From positions 66,179-130,178 of the forward strand of contig NJBI01000004.1 of NCBI GenBank assembly GCA_005222975.1: DNA of 64,000 nucleotides. Direction: 5' to 3'. Position 1 is the first letter of the stretch. Each line of letters begins with the position of its first letter. Shown in pieces: positions 31,717 to 40,842 of this stretch. Made by a program: the position numbers and the translations under genes. Under the pieces are notes generated by a model that saw only the letters and a list, made by a program, of their open reading frames with translations, ran no database searches and had not been told where the DNA came from. The DNA comes from Promethearchaeota archaeon Loki_b31. Its GTDB lineage: Archaea; Asgardarchaeota; Lokiarchaeia; Sigyniarchaeales; SOKP01.

Positions 31717-32076
31717 TTAGAACCATTGAGTGGCATCAGCTTCTAATGATAAGTCATTTAATGTTGCTGCTCCTACTATTTTAACCCCGGGAATAAGTTC
31801 CACCTTTTCCCATCCTAACATTCTTTTTGAGGCTTCACAAACTAAAATTTCAACTCCCATTTCCAGAGCTTTATCTAACATCTCTTTGACACTGGGAAAT
31901 CCTCCTAGTTTTATTTTTTCGGCCTCTCCCGGTTTTAATATTCGCAGTCCTGTCCCTAAGTAGTAAACTGTTGCTTTAATATCCATTGCTTTAGCGGTCT
32001 GCGCTAAGACTAACGGTGAATATTGTCTTTCTGGATCATCACTCGTTTGAACATATAATATATATTTTTTTTCGAT
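31717..32076 (-). CDS. DsrE/DsrF-like family protein (probable ATC start at 32076; first ATG 31986)
   Basis: The extension supplies YILYVQTSDDPERQYSPLVLAQTAKAMD. Also GVEILVCEAS and VGAATL. SD GAGGTG lies 7 nt upstream. Confidence 0.85.
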   Translation of the reverse strand: MEKKYILYVQTSDDPERQYSPLVLAQTAKAMDIKATVYYLGTGLRILKPGEAEKIKLGGFPSVKEMLDKALEMGVEILVCEASKRMLGWEKVELIPGVKIVGAATLNDLSLEADATQWF

Positions 32077-32266
32077 TTCTATACACCTCTTTATTTTTTT
32101 AATTTAAAATTATTTGGTTATATTAAGTTTTATATTAAAACCTCAAATATACTTATACGTTTATCGTTCTTATCTTTGGTTTTTCTAATAAAATTATTTT
32201 CCTCTTCTTTTTTTCAGTAATAATAGCTCAATTACATATTATACAATTCTTAAACTAATAGAAACT

Positions 32267-33214
32267 TTATATTGAATAATGATCTTGTTCAGGGTGTACT
32301 TTTCGTATAAATGTGGGGTCAAATATGTTTTCTTGCGTAAGTTCCTTTTTAATATAATTAAGATTTTTAAGAGTTTTTACAAATTCCATTGTTGCATTTA
32401 TATAATTTTCTGAAAGGGAAATACAATATTTTGGTGATATTTTTAAAACAGATTCAGCGTAATTTTTGTTAATAATTTCAAAAGTTTTAGATATCTTCTC
32501 TGCTGCTAACGATTGTGAGTTTCTTAGCAGATAAGAAGCCTTTTTATGATGATTAAGAAATTCTATTATTATATCTGGATAGTTTTCAATTAAGTTTTCA
32601 TGAAGAAATATGCCATAACTAGGATTGTTAGCCCATAAATGCTTAGGTTCGACAATTATATGAGAATCTAAGATGGTTGAAGCGAAAACTGCTAATGCTG
32701 GGGTTCCCACACCTGCGTCCAAGATACCTTTTTTCATATTCAAAGCAATAAATTCTGCTTGTCCATAATTTTTTACATCAACATCATTTGATAAATCGTA
32801 CTTTTTCAAAAAATGACTTAAAATAACTTCATGTATAGAACCTTTGCTCGTAACACCAATTAATTTTCCTTTAAATTGAGAAAGAACTTCAGCCATATTA
32901 TTATCTAATTGATTCATATCTTTGTATTCTTTTTTAGCAATAATAATAGTTCCTTCAACATGGCCTCCAGCAACACATTTAATTGGAACACCTTTATCAA
33001 TCCCAATAATTGCAGGAGGTAATCCCATATAACCAATATCTAACTTTTTATTCTTGAAAGCTTCGATCATAGCGGGTCCTGTCCCAAAAAGAATCCAATT
33101 GATATCTATTTTAAGATCATTCTTTAAATCGTCACCTTCCATTAAGATGAAATTAGTATGGTAAGCAGTAGACAAATGTCCGATATTTAATTTATTATTT
33201 CTAATAAAAATCAC
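32267..33214 (-). CDS. SsuA/NMT1/THI5-like periplasmic-binding-fold protein with no signal peptide
   Basis: FGTGPAMIEAF, LDIGYMGLPP, KGSIHEVIL. No hydrophobic N-terminus. Confidence 0.8.
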   Translation of the reverse strand: MIFIRNNKLNIGHLSTAYHTNFILMEGDDLKNDLKIDINWILFGTGPAMIEAFKNKKLDIGYMGLPPAIIGIDKGVPIKCVAGGHVEGTIIIAKKEYKDMNQLDNNMAEVLSQFKGKLIGVTSKGSIHEVILSHFLKKYDLSNDVDVKNYGQAEFIALNMKKGILDAGVGTPALAVFASTILDSHIIVEPKHLWANNPSYGIFLHENLIENYPDIIIEFLNHHKKASYLLRNSQSLAAEKISKTFEIINKNYAESVLKISPKYCISLSENYINATMEFVKTLKNLNYIKKELTQENIFDPTFIRKVHPEQDHYSI

Positions 33215-33351
33215 TAATATTAATTATATAATATTCGCAATAATTGCGATAATATTTAAATTTTATAATCAAAATAAATAATTACCTAAATTTCTAATAT
33301 ATTTATGAATTGAAATATAAAGTGGAAATATAATTTTAAAGGGTTTTTTCA

Positions 33352-33639
33352 ACGATTGATATAAAAATATTCTTTTTATCTTTATTGGCAGACATTACAG
33401 GAATAGAAGAAATTATAATGTCATTTGACGATAACTCAACCATTAAAGATGTATTAAAAAAATTGAACTTAAAATTTGGAAAAGATTTTGAAAATAGTGT
33501 AATGAATACTCCAGATTTATTAAATAAATACATTCTTATAGGGAAAAATGGAAAAGATATTCGTTCTTTTGAAGGTTTGATCACCACTGTTCAAGAGGGA
33601 GATGAAGTTTTCTTATTACCTGCCATAGCTGGAGGATAA
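33352..33639 (+). CDS. MoaD/ThiS/SAMP-type ubiquitin-like sulfur carrier (probable ACG start at 33352)
   Basis: C-terminal GDEVFLLPAIAGG and NGKDI. The beta-1 strand IDIKIFFLS lies upstream of the TTG at 33385. Confidence 0.9.
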   Translation, partial: TIDIKIFFLSLLADITGIEEIIMSFDDNSTIKDVLKKLNLKFGKDFENSVMNTPDLLNKYILIGKNGKDIRSFEGLITTVQEGDEVFLLPAIAGG

Positions 33640-33668
33640 AGAGCTTATTTGTGATATCTTTATTCAAA

Positions 33669-34688
33669 TTATAAAAGAAATGGTTTTAAAGAATCTTGAG
33701 TTGCTTTTTCGACTATTAAATGTTCAGTCAAAGTTTTAGGTTCTTTACCGTATATAATTTTTCCATATGAATTTTTCGCATCCGAATACCTTAATGTCAA
33801 ACTTGCAGCAAAGTTGATTGCTTTCACATCAATTCTCCCTAGAATAAGTGTAGTAGGTCCATGTACTCTAGCTGCCTCCATTACTATGTCATCGGGGCCT
33901 TTTAACTGAAGTAATAAACCATTTTCTAATTTATTTCTTCCAATAATAATCTTAGAATGATTAAACCGAAAATGTCTGCCGTATTTCAATAGTCTTACAT
34001 CGTCCATAGTTAAGATTTTATTAAATTTAAGATAATCTCTCATTCTACTAGCAAATTCTTTTTCTGTAAGAAGGCATCCTCCACAAGCATAATATTCATT
34101 CAATAATCCATGAGATCTCGCGAGTTCAAGTTGTATTTTTCTACTTCGTCCCTTTATCCCTAATAATTTAGATCTATCAATTATTCCTTTTTCTTCTAAA
34201 ATAGTAGGTTTTAATAATAAAGCCGATAAAGGTCTAAGCAATTTTCCCTCAAGTAAAGCCTCCTTTTCAATAGTCTTTAAAGCTTTTAAATTTTGAGACT
34301 TAGGTCTTTGATCTAGTACTTCTCCCGTAAAGATAAAATCAGCATTTATTTTATCAGCAAATTTTTTAGCTTTCTTTAAAATATAAATCCTACAATCGAT
34401 ACATGGGTTCAAATTTTTACCGTAACCGAATTTAGGGTTTCGTATTATTTCTAAATAGTCGTTTTCTTTTTGAAGAAAATAGGTTTTTATTCCTAACTTG
34501 TCGTAATAAAGATTTAAACCGCACTCGGAATTTTTATGGGCTTTATCACATATACAAAATGGAGATTTGAAATTTAAACCAATTACCTCAATATTTTGTA
34601 GTTTTAAAAGTAAACAAGCAATTAAACTATCTAAACCTCCAGAAATTAATCCTAGCCCTAAAGGGGAGCCTTTTTTAAAGTCTTCCAA
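33669..34688 (-). CDS. PP-loop tRNA sulfurtransferase-like protein (ThiI/MnmA-related, no THUMP) with a C-terminal NFACT-R/DUF814-like domain
   Basis: SGGLDS, NPCIDCR, TGEVLDQRPKSQ, GGCLLT, GRHFR...IIGRN. Confidence 0.85.
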   Translation of the reverse strand: MEDFKKGSPLGLGLISGGLDSLIACLLLKLQNIEVIGLNFKSPFCICDKAHKNSECGLNLYYDKLGIKTYFLQKENDYLEIIRNPKFGYGKNLNPCIDCRIYILKKAKKFADKINADFIFTGEVLDQRPKSQNLKALKTIEKEALLEGKLLRPLSALLLKPTILEEKGIIDRSKLLGIKGRSRKIQLELARSHGLLNEYYACGGCLLTEKEFASRMRDYLKFNKILTMDDVRLLKYGRHFRFNHSKIIIGRNKLENGLLLQLKGPDDIVMEAARVHGPTTLILGRIDVKAINFAASLTLRYSDAKNSYGKIIYGKEPKTLTEHLIVEKATQDSLKPFLL

Positions 34689-34715
34689 TTAACTTTTTCA
34701 CCGATTTACCGATTT

Positions 34716-34982
34716 TCATAACTTCTTTAATAATAGTATCCATTCGTATTTTTCTGGATTCATTTCTTTTATTTTAATGACTTCAGCTAAATTTTGTCGC
34801 TTACAACTTACAGGGATATTCTTGAGAGCTGCAGGGAAATCCAAGTGAACTTCTAAAATACTCCCTTCTTCGAGCTTTTCCAGAGTTAGTTTAGTAAGTA
34901 CAAATGTCATTGGGCATACTTCTCCCCGGATATCTAAGTACTCAACATCATTTTTATTTTTTATATTATTCATCGCAGACAT
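34716..34982 (-). CDS. tusA: TusA/SirA-family sulfurtransferase
   Basis: LDIRGEVCPMTFVLTKLTL. Confidence 0.9.
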   Translation of the reverse strand: MSAMNNIKNKNDVEYLDIRGEVCPMTFVLTKLTLEKLEEGSILEVHLDFPAALKNIPVSCKRQNLAEVIKIKEMNPEKYEWILLLKKL

Positions 34983-35775
34983 TTTCCCCCTCGTAATTTA
35001 ATATTTCGACTAAGTCCTTTGCATTGGCGCCACATGCAATACAATTATTATCTCTATGTACTTCGATAAAATCAAAATTGTTCCTTAAAAGATCAACATA
35101 CATAATTTTGTTTGTTAAAAGTTCACCTATACATAAAATACTTTTAATTGCCTCATTAGCCTCTAAACACCCTAAAACGCCAGGCACCAACCCAATTACT
35201 CCTGCTTGAGAACACGACATACTCGGATCGCCTTCAGTTATATCACCGAACACACACCTATAGCAACTTGTTTTATCTTTTGGAACTACTGTCATTATTT
35301 GTCCGTGGAATCTCAAAACGCCTGCAATTGTAAAAGGTGTTTTTAAATTTATACATGTATCATTAATTAGCATTTTAGTTGAGATGTTGTCCGAACCTTC
35401 AATAACATAGTCCGAATCTTTAAGGATATCTTTTGAATTATTGGCTGTAATTCTTTCATTTATAATTTCTATGGTACAATCAGGGTTTAGCAAGTTAAGC
35501 TTTTCCACAGCGCTCTTAGTTTTTTGCTTGTTAATGTCTTTTGTAAAATGAAGAATTTGTCTGTGCAAATTTGATATTTCCACTATATCAAAATCTATTA
35601 TTTGTAAACTTCCAACACCCGCTGCTGCTAAATAGTAGGCGGCAGGAGATCCAAGAGCACCTAAACCAATTAATGAAATCTTTGAATTTAATAATTTCCT
35701 TTGCCCGATTCCTCCAACTTCCTTTAAAACTATTTGACGCGAATATCTTCTAATTTGTTCGTTAGTTAAATCCAT
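34966..35775 (-). CDS. ThiF/MoeB/UbaA E1-like adenylyltransferase
   Basis: RYSRQI, GLGALG, SNLHRQ, CYRC, SCSQAGV, CIAC. Confidence 0.94.
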   Translation of the reverse strand: MDLTNEQIRRYSRQIVLKEVGGIGQRKLLNSKISLIGLGALGSPAAYYLAAAGVGSLQIIDFDIVEISNLHRQILHFTKDINKQKTKSAVEKLNLLNPDCTIEIINERITANNSKDILKDSDYVIEGSDNISTKMLINDTCINLKTPFTIAGVLRFHGQIMTVVPKDKTSCYRCVFGDITEGDPSMSCSQAGVIGLVPGVLGCLEANEAIKSILCIGELLTNKIMYVDLLRNNFDFIEVHRDNNCIACGANAKDLVEILNYEGENVCDE

Positions 35776-35900
35776 TTGTAGTCGTTTTAAATAAAATGTT
35801 TAATAAAGAAAGCTCTTTAGATTATAAAAAAAAAGGTGCAAGTTTTACATTCTTATTTTATATAAGATAAAAAATGAACAGTATCAAGTAAAGTAAAAAC

Positions 35901-36446
35901 TTATGTCCGGATTAAAGTACCAATTTTTCCCCCTATTTTTTGCCTAGAATTACCCGGCACGCCATTAAATATGCCTTCCTCAATCAGGTCGTAAATAGAA
36001 TGCTTTAACGCGATTAAAGGTATTTTTTGAATCTCTTTTAGTTCTATTAACTCGTCTATTGTGATAGATTCTCCAGGTGAAATAATAGATTTAATAAATT
36101 TTTTAATATCAGCTAAATCAGTCGTAAACGTAATAATATCGCGATCGTCTTTTTTCGTTAGAGAAACTTTAGACACGCTTATTTCTGACATTAAAAACCT
36201 AACCTGTTCTTCCAGTAATTTAACTCTTCCTTTTAACTCTGATATTGCGTCTTTACTAGTCTTCCTTGGAATAGATTTTTGTGCTAAATATTTATTTAGG
36301 AGTTGTTCAAGATAGGTTTCTTCAATACCAGCATTTTTTATGGTGGCAATTTTCTCTGGCTTCTTAGTACCTTTTTTAAATTTAATCCCACACTCTTTAG
36401 CTAACCGGTCCAATAGGGAAACGGTCAATTCGTTCAAATTTGCCAT
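35901..36446 (-). CDS. Putative nucleic-acid-binding protein (Rho-N/HeH-like N-terminus, coiled coil, C-terminal wHTH-like)
   Basis: LNELTVSLLDRLAKECGI...KPEKIATI, ELKGRVKLLEEQV, SITIDELI...IYDLIEEG. Confidence 0.55.
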   Translation of the reverse strand: MANLNELTVSLLDRLAKECGIKFKKGTKKPEKIATIKNAGIEETYLEQLLNKYLAQKSIPRKTSKDAISELKGRVKLLEEQVRFLMSEISVSKVSLTKKDDRDIITFTTDLADIKKFIKSIISPGESITIDELIELKEIQKIPLIALKHSIYDLIEEGIFNGVPGNSRQKIGGKIGTLIRT

Positions 36447-36607
36447 TTAAAGTCATCCACGAATATCTTGTTATTTTTCTTTAATCTATGTTAGGAGAAT
36501 TATTACTTAAATAAAACTGTTGCAACAGATTTTAAAAACATCGTTATTAAAAATTAGAAATCTTAAAAAATTAATATTAAAATTAAAAAAAAAAGAAGTA
36601 ATTAAAC

Positions 36608-37429
36608 CTATTCATTCAAAAATTCAAGTATTAACTCGTTTACCTGAGGAGCGTATTCTAAAAATAAGTGATGACCTGCTTTATCAATGACATTTATTCT
36701 ACTATTTGGAAGTTTTTCGTTTAACTCGTCCATTACCAATTTTGGAGACAGTTTATCGTTGGAAGCTGCGATTAACAAAGTTGGGTGAGAAATTTGGGAA
36801 AGCTTGTCCCTTGTATCGTGCGCATCAAGTGCATCCGCTAAAAGCTTATAATCGTGGGGGGTCATTTGATCTTCTGTAGTCTCTTTGATTAAATCCTCTG
36901 CGGACCATAATCCATGAAATTTCTTTTGAGGGTCTGCTTTCATTTCTTTTATAAAAGCCCTATAATGCGTTAATTTAGAATAGTCCCAAAAAGCTTGCTC
37001 TTTATTTTCCTTCCGAAGTTCAAAAAAGTTACTCATACTTCCTTCCATCATATGAATACCTGCTCCTTTATGATTAGTTCCAACTAAAATCAATTTATTG
37101 GCACGCTCTGGGTATTTTAACACAAAATTTTGAGTCACCCAACCACCCATAGATTGACCCATTAGATGAGCCTTTTCTATTTTTAGAAAATCCAATAAAC
37201 CTTTTAAATCCTCAACTAATGTATCCATCGTATAAGGATCTTTAGGGCGTTCTGATTTTCCACTGCTACGGCAATCGTAAGTGATAACCTTAAAATCTTT
37301 TGATAAAGCACCAACTTGAGTCATCCAAACTTCCTTTTTTGCGCCAAAACCATGAAGTAATACAAGAGGGTATCCATCTCCATTAACTTCGTAAAAAAGT
37401 GATGTTCCATTTACATTTGCTAACGACAT
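36608..37429 (-). CDS. Alpha/beta hydrolase
   Basis: LLHGFG, GQSMGG, NDKLSP, AGH. Confidence 0.93.
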   Translation of the reverse strand: MSLANVNGTSLFYEVNGDGYPLVLLHGFGAKKEVWMTQVGALSKDFKVITYDCRSSGKSERPKDPYTMDTLVEDLKGLLDFLKIEKAHLMGQSMGGWVTQNFVLKYPERANKLILVGTNHKGAGIHMMEGSMSNFFELRKENKEQAFWDYSKLTHYRAFIKEMKADPQKKFHGLWSAEDLIKETTEDQMTPHDYKLLADALDAHDTRDKLSQISHPTLLIAASNDKLSPKLVMDELNEKLPNSRINVIDKAGHHLFLEYAPQVNELILEFLNE

Positions 37430-37535
37430 AATATTTATTTAAATCAAATCTCACTTATAACTTTTAAAATTCAGTTGATTTTTAAAAATAAATAATAGCC
37501 TAAAAGACTTAAAAAAATTTAACGAAAAACCCTTA

Positions 37536-37601
37536 ATGGTACAAGAGGATGATTGGGACGCTTTTAACGAGAAGTTTTTTCGGTCGTTTACTGAACTTTA
37601 A
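37536..37601 (+). CDS. Candidate 21-aa small ORF / leader peptide MVQEDDWDAFNEKFFRSFTEL
   Basis: Runs from ATG 37536 to TAA 37599-37601. It is less AT-rich than its flanks and overlaps a palindrome followed by T-runs. Confidence 0.35.
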   Translation: MVQEDDWDAFNEKFFRSFTEL

Positions 37602-37636
37602 GTTCAGTTTATTAATTTTTTTTGTTTCTTTTTTTT
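37590..37636 (+). terminator. Inverted repeat actgaact-tta-agttcagt followed by T-rich tracts (terminator/attenuator-like)
   Basis: Perfect 8-bp arms at 37590-37597 and 37601-37608, then poly-T. Confidence 0.4.
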
Positions 37637-37716
37637 AGCTCAAAAATCGAAGAATTTATTATCTTTTCTTGTTTATTATTAACAGATGTTTCGTAAAGAG
37701 GCATTTTAAAAAAAAA

Positions 37717-37977
37717 ATGGTTTTAAAAGTGGTAAAGGGAACCGTTAAATGGTTTGACTCTAGAAAAGGATTTGGATTTATAACGCGTGAAGATGGTTCG
37801 GGTGATATTTTCGTTCACTTCTCAGCAATCAAAGGAGATGATAACGAATTTAAGATCATCTATGAAGGAGATATCGTAGAATTTGAGATCACAGAGGGGC
37901 AGAAAGGCCCTCAAGCAACTGACTTAACTATTGTCGAAAGAGGACCGCGCGAGGATTATAGATCAAGACGTTATTAA
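37717..37977 (+). CDS. csp: Cold-shock domain protein
   Basis: GTVKWF, KGFGFI (RNP1), DIFVHFSAI (RNP2), KGPQA. Confidence 0.95.
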   Translation: MVLKVVKGTVKWFDSRKGFGFITREDGSGDIFVHFSAIKGDDNEFKIIYEGDIVEFEITEGQKGPQATDLTIVERGPREDYRSRRY

Positions 37978-38233
37978 GAATTAATGTAGTAGTTAATTTA
38001 GAACGCGTATCAAAAAAATACATATTAAAGGAAATATCAGAATAATAGAAACGCACAAAATGCTCTTGGGAGAAAATTTTTACTTTTTATTATTGGTTTT
38101 TGAATTTCCCCCTTTTTTTTTATTACATTTTTTTACAATAATTAATCAAATTTGAAATACTCAAATAGAGTTAATGTAAAATCATTTTTATTATATCAAA
38201 TTATATATTGCTAAAATTATATTATAGAACTTG

Positions 38234-39277
38234 ATGGTAAACCTTTTCAAATCCTTTGGTAATTTTACCACTGGGCAGACTTCATACTTGGCTCTCGTTT
38301 CAAAAAAATCCAGAGGTACCATCACGTTAACTGACAAGGAGTTTTCTTTTAAATCCGAAAAAGATAACATAGTATTTCAAATGAGAATACGCGATATTGA
38401 AAATTTTTCTATAAGAAATCGATTAAAACTTCCAACGATCGAATTAATAAGCGTCCAAGGAATCGTTTTTACGTTTTATCCTCATAAAAAAGAAAATAGT
38501 TCGCTTTTTACATCAAAAAAATCAACAGAAGAACTTTTTAGACAACTAACAAGGATTACTTACAAAGAGGAAAGCCCGATTTTGTTTGAAATTAAGGGCG
38601 GATTTATGGCCGACAGCTCCATTGGCGAAAACTCTGCATCTGAAACGCTAAAAGGGATTATTTTTTTAAACGAAGATTATTTATCTTTTAAACCATTTAA
38701 CGAGAAAACGGTGTACCAAATTGCTATATTGAATATTTTAAGAATTATGAAAGAGGATACCAATTTGGGTCCATCTGTAAAGATTCAAACTAATCAAAAC
38801 ATAATTTATTCGTACATAGTACTCAAAAAACAATTGGGCTTGTACGTAAAAGATAAATCAAAAACGGAAAAATTATTTGAAATTATAAACCAAGCGAAGA
38901 TATATAAAACATCAGAGCAAATCCGATTAGAAAAAGAAGACAAGGAACGAATCGAACGGGTCAAATCGATGATGGAAGTCTCAAATCGGTTAAGGTTTGA
39001 TATGATGCGTATTGCGTTAGACATGGACGAAAAGACTTTTACGGAAAAGGTGTTCCAATGGGCAAAACGATTCAAGTTTTTAATAGATGGGGATTATTTG
39101 ATCGTTAATCAAGATACAGTTGAAGATTTCCTCAACGATTTATCTACTGGAGCGGGCGTCTTATTACGTAGGGGGTTAAAAGTTTATTGCCAATTTTGCG
39201 AGAAAAAGATTGATTCCAACGCAAAAATATGTCCATATTGCGGGAAGGAATCTGGGCTAACAACAGGAGAGACTTAA
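38234..39277 (+). CDS. Protein with two GRAM/PH-like domains, a helical domain and a C-terminal zinc ribbon
   Basis: RGTITLTDKEFSFKS and KGIIFLNEDYLSFKP, plus CQFC...CPYCG. Confidence 0.65.
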   Translation: MVNLFKSFGNFTTGQTSYLALVSKKSRGTITLTDKEFSFKSEKDNIVFQMRIRDIENFSIRNRLKLPTIELISVQGIVFTFYPHKKENSSLFTSKKSTEELFRQLTRITYKEESPILFEIKGGFMADSSIGENSASETLKGIIFLNEDYLSFKPFNEKTVYQIAILNILRIMKEDTNLGPSVKIQTNQNIIYSYIVLKKQLGLYVKDKSKTEKLFEIINQAKIYKTSEQIRLEKEDKERIERVKSMMEVSNRLRFDMMRIALDMDEKTFTEKVFQWAKRFKFLIDGDYLIVNQDTVEDFLNDLSTGAGVLLRRGLKVYCQFCEKKIDSNAKICPYCGKESGLTTGET

Positions 39278-39347
39278 AAAATTAAAAAGTGGACTTATTA
39301 GCGGAAAATCAAAGAAAATTGAAAAAAATTTTTTTTTAAGATAGGAG

Positions 39348-40712
39348 TTATTCTCCCCATTGGACTAAGCGTCGTTCTCCTTCTAGCGTTTTAATGTGAG
39401 TAATATCTTGCGATACTTCTAATGTACCGATGTATTTGTCTTGGTCGTCCCTTATGGCAAAATATCGAATGTTTATAAATTTATCGCCGAGTTGTATCCA
39501 AAATTCAGCCACACTCTTTTCCCCGCTTTTAAATTTCGCTACAATATCTTCTACAATATGCATTGATTTTGGGGGGTGGCATTTTTGAACCTTCCTTCCT
39601 ATGACCGCTGGGCTCCTTGGAAATAGACGGTCGTCGGTTGCGGAATAATATTTTACTTCGTCGTTAACATCAACAAACGAGATATCAATAGGTAAATGTT
39701 TTAACATTAGGTTGATTTGCTTTAAAGATAACTTACCCGTATCTAAATCAAGCAAATTTGAAGATTCTAACTTGATCTCAGGGGCATGAACATCACTAGG
39801 CGTTACTGGTTTCCATTTATCTCCAGGGCGTACCCAAACATAACCAATTTCTTCTTCGCCACGTTTAACACGAGCCCAATCTGATTCTTTAAATTTTTCA
39901 AGCGCCATTGGAAATAAAATGTGCTCTTCTTTGTAAATCATCTCATCCACTTTTTCTATGAGCTCTTCGATATTTTCAAGCTTGTTTTCTTTAAAACCTG
40001 CTCGAATCTCGTCGTGAACTGCCCACATTACTTGAGGTGGGCCAGAAATGTCCAAATTCTCTAGTATTGGAAAAAGTTGATTCTCAATGCGAGTATAATG
40101 AATCTCTAATTTTGCTAGTTCTTTTAATAATTCTAATTTATTCTCATCGGCAGCGGATCGTATTTTCTGGATTAAATCCCTTGCTATCTTATTCTCTTCC
40201 ATATAAGTGTGAATTGGGTGTCCTGAAACTGTTTCTGGACTTTCCTTTTCATCCAACATATCTTTGAATAATTCAACGTGTATATCACATAGTTCAGTAA
40301 TTTGATCAGCTTTCAGAATCCCTTCATCAATTAAACTTTGTTCCATCTCACCTATTTCAGACGACGATACATCTACTAAAATCTCTTTAAACCGTTGTTT
40401 AAGGCCCTCGAGCTCCGCTCCCTTGTGCATGTCAATTACGAGTTCTTTTAATTGTTTTCTTCGTTGAGTTTTTAATTCCTGTATCTCTTCTGAAGTTTTA
40501 CCCATCGATTCTTCAATTACTTGGAGAATTTTGCTCAAATCAACGTCAATTAGTTTTGAAACATCCTTTATTGTAGCGCTTTTTCCAATAGTTCTTCTTA
40601 CTATTGGATTTTTAAGTCGCTTAATTTTAGGCGATAGCTTAAGTAATTCGTTATAGACGTGTGGAAACTGTTTAATTAAGGGTAATATCTTAGTTTTTTT
40701 ATTTATATCCAT
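39348..40712 (-). CDS. DUF438 family protein (DUF1858 + DUF438 + hemerythrin-like + PAS)
   Basis: LCDIH, GHPIHTYMEEN, HY...ENQLFP, VMWAVHDEIR, KEEHILFP, IGRKVQKCHPPKS. Confidence 0.9.
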   Translation of the reverse strand: MDINKKTKILPLIKQFPHVYNELLKLSPKIKRLKNPIVRRTIGKSATIKDVSKLIDVDLSKILQVIEESMGKTSEEIQELKTQRRKQLKELVIDMHKGAELEGLKQRFKEILVDVSSSEIGEMEQSLIDEGILKADQITELCDIHVELFKDMLDEKESPETVSGHPIHTYMEENKIARDLIQKIRSAADENKLELLKELAKLEIHYTRIENQLFPILENLDISGPPQVMWAVHDEIRAGFKENKLENIEELIEKVDEMIYKEEHILFPMALEKFKESDWARVKRGEEEIGYVWVRPGDKWKPVTPSDVHAPEIKLESSNLLDLDTGKLSLKQINLMLKHLPIDISFVDVNDEVKYYSATDDRLFPRSPAVIGRKVQKCHPPKSMHIVEDIVAKFKSGEKSVAEFWIQLGDKFINIRYFAIRDDQDKYIGTLEVSQDITHIKTLEGERRLVQWGE

Positions 40713-40842
40713 ATTACTACTACCTTTACAAAAATAATTGCTCTAAGCTATATCAACATAATATATAATTTAATTTTTTATGTGAACTTCTTCATAAAAA
40801 TTGAAAAAAAATAAAAAAATATCAATTTAACTTGAACTCCAA

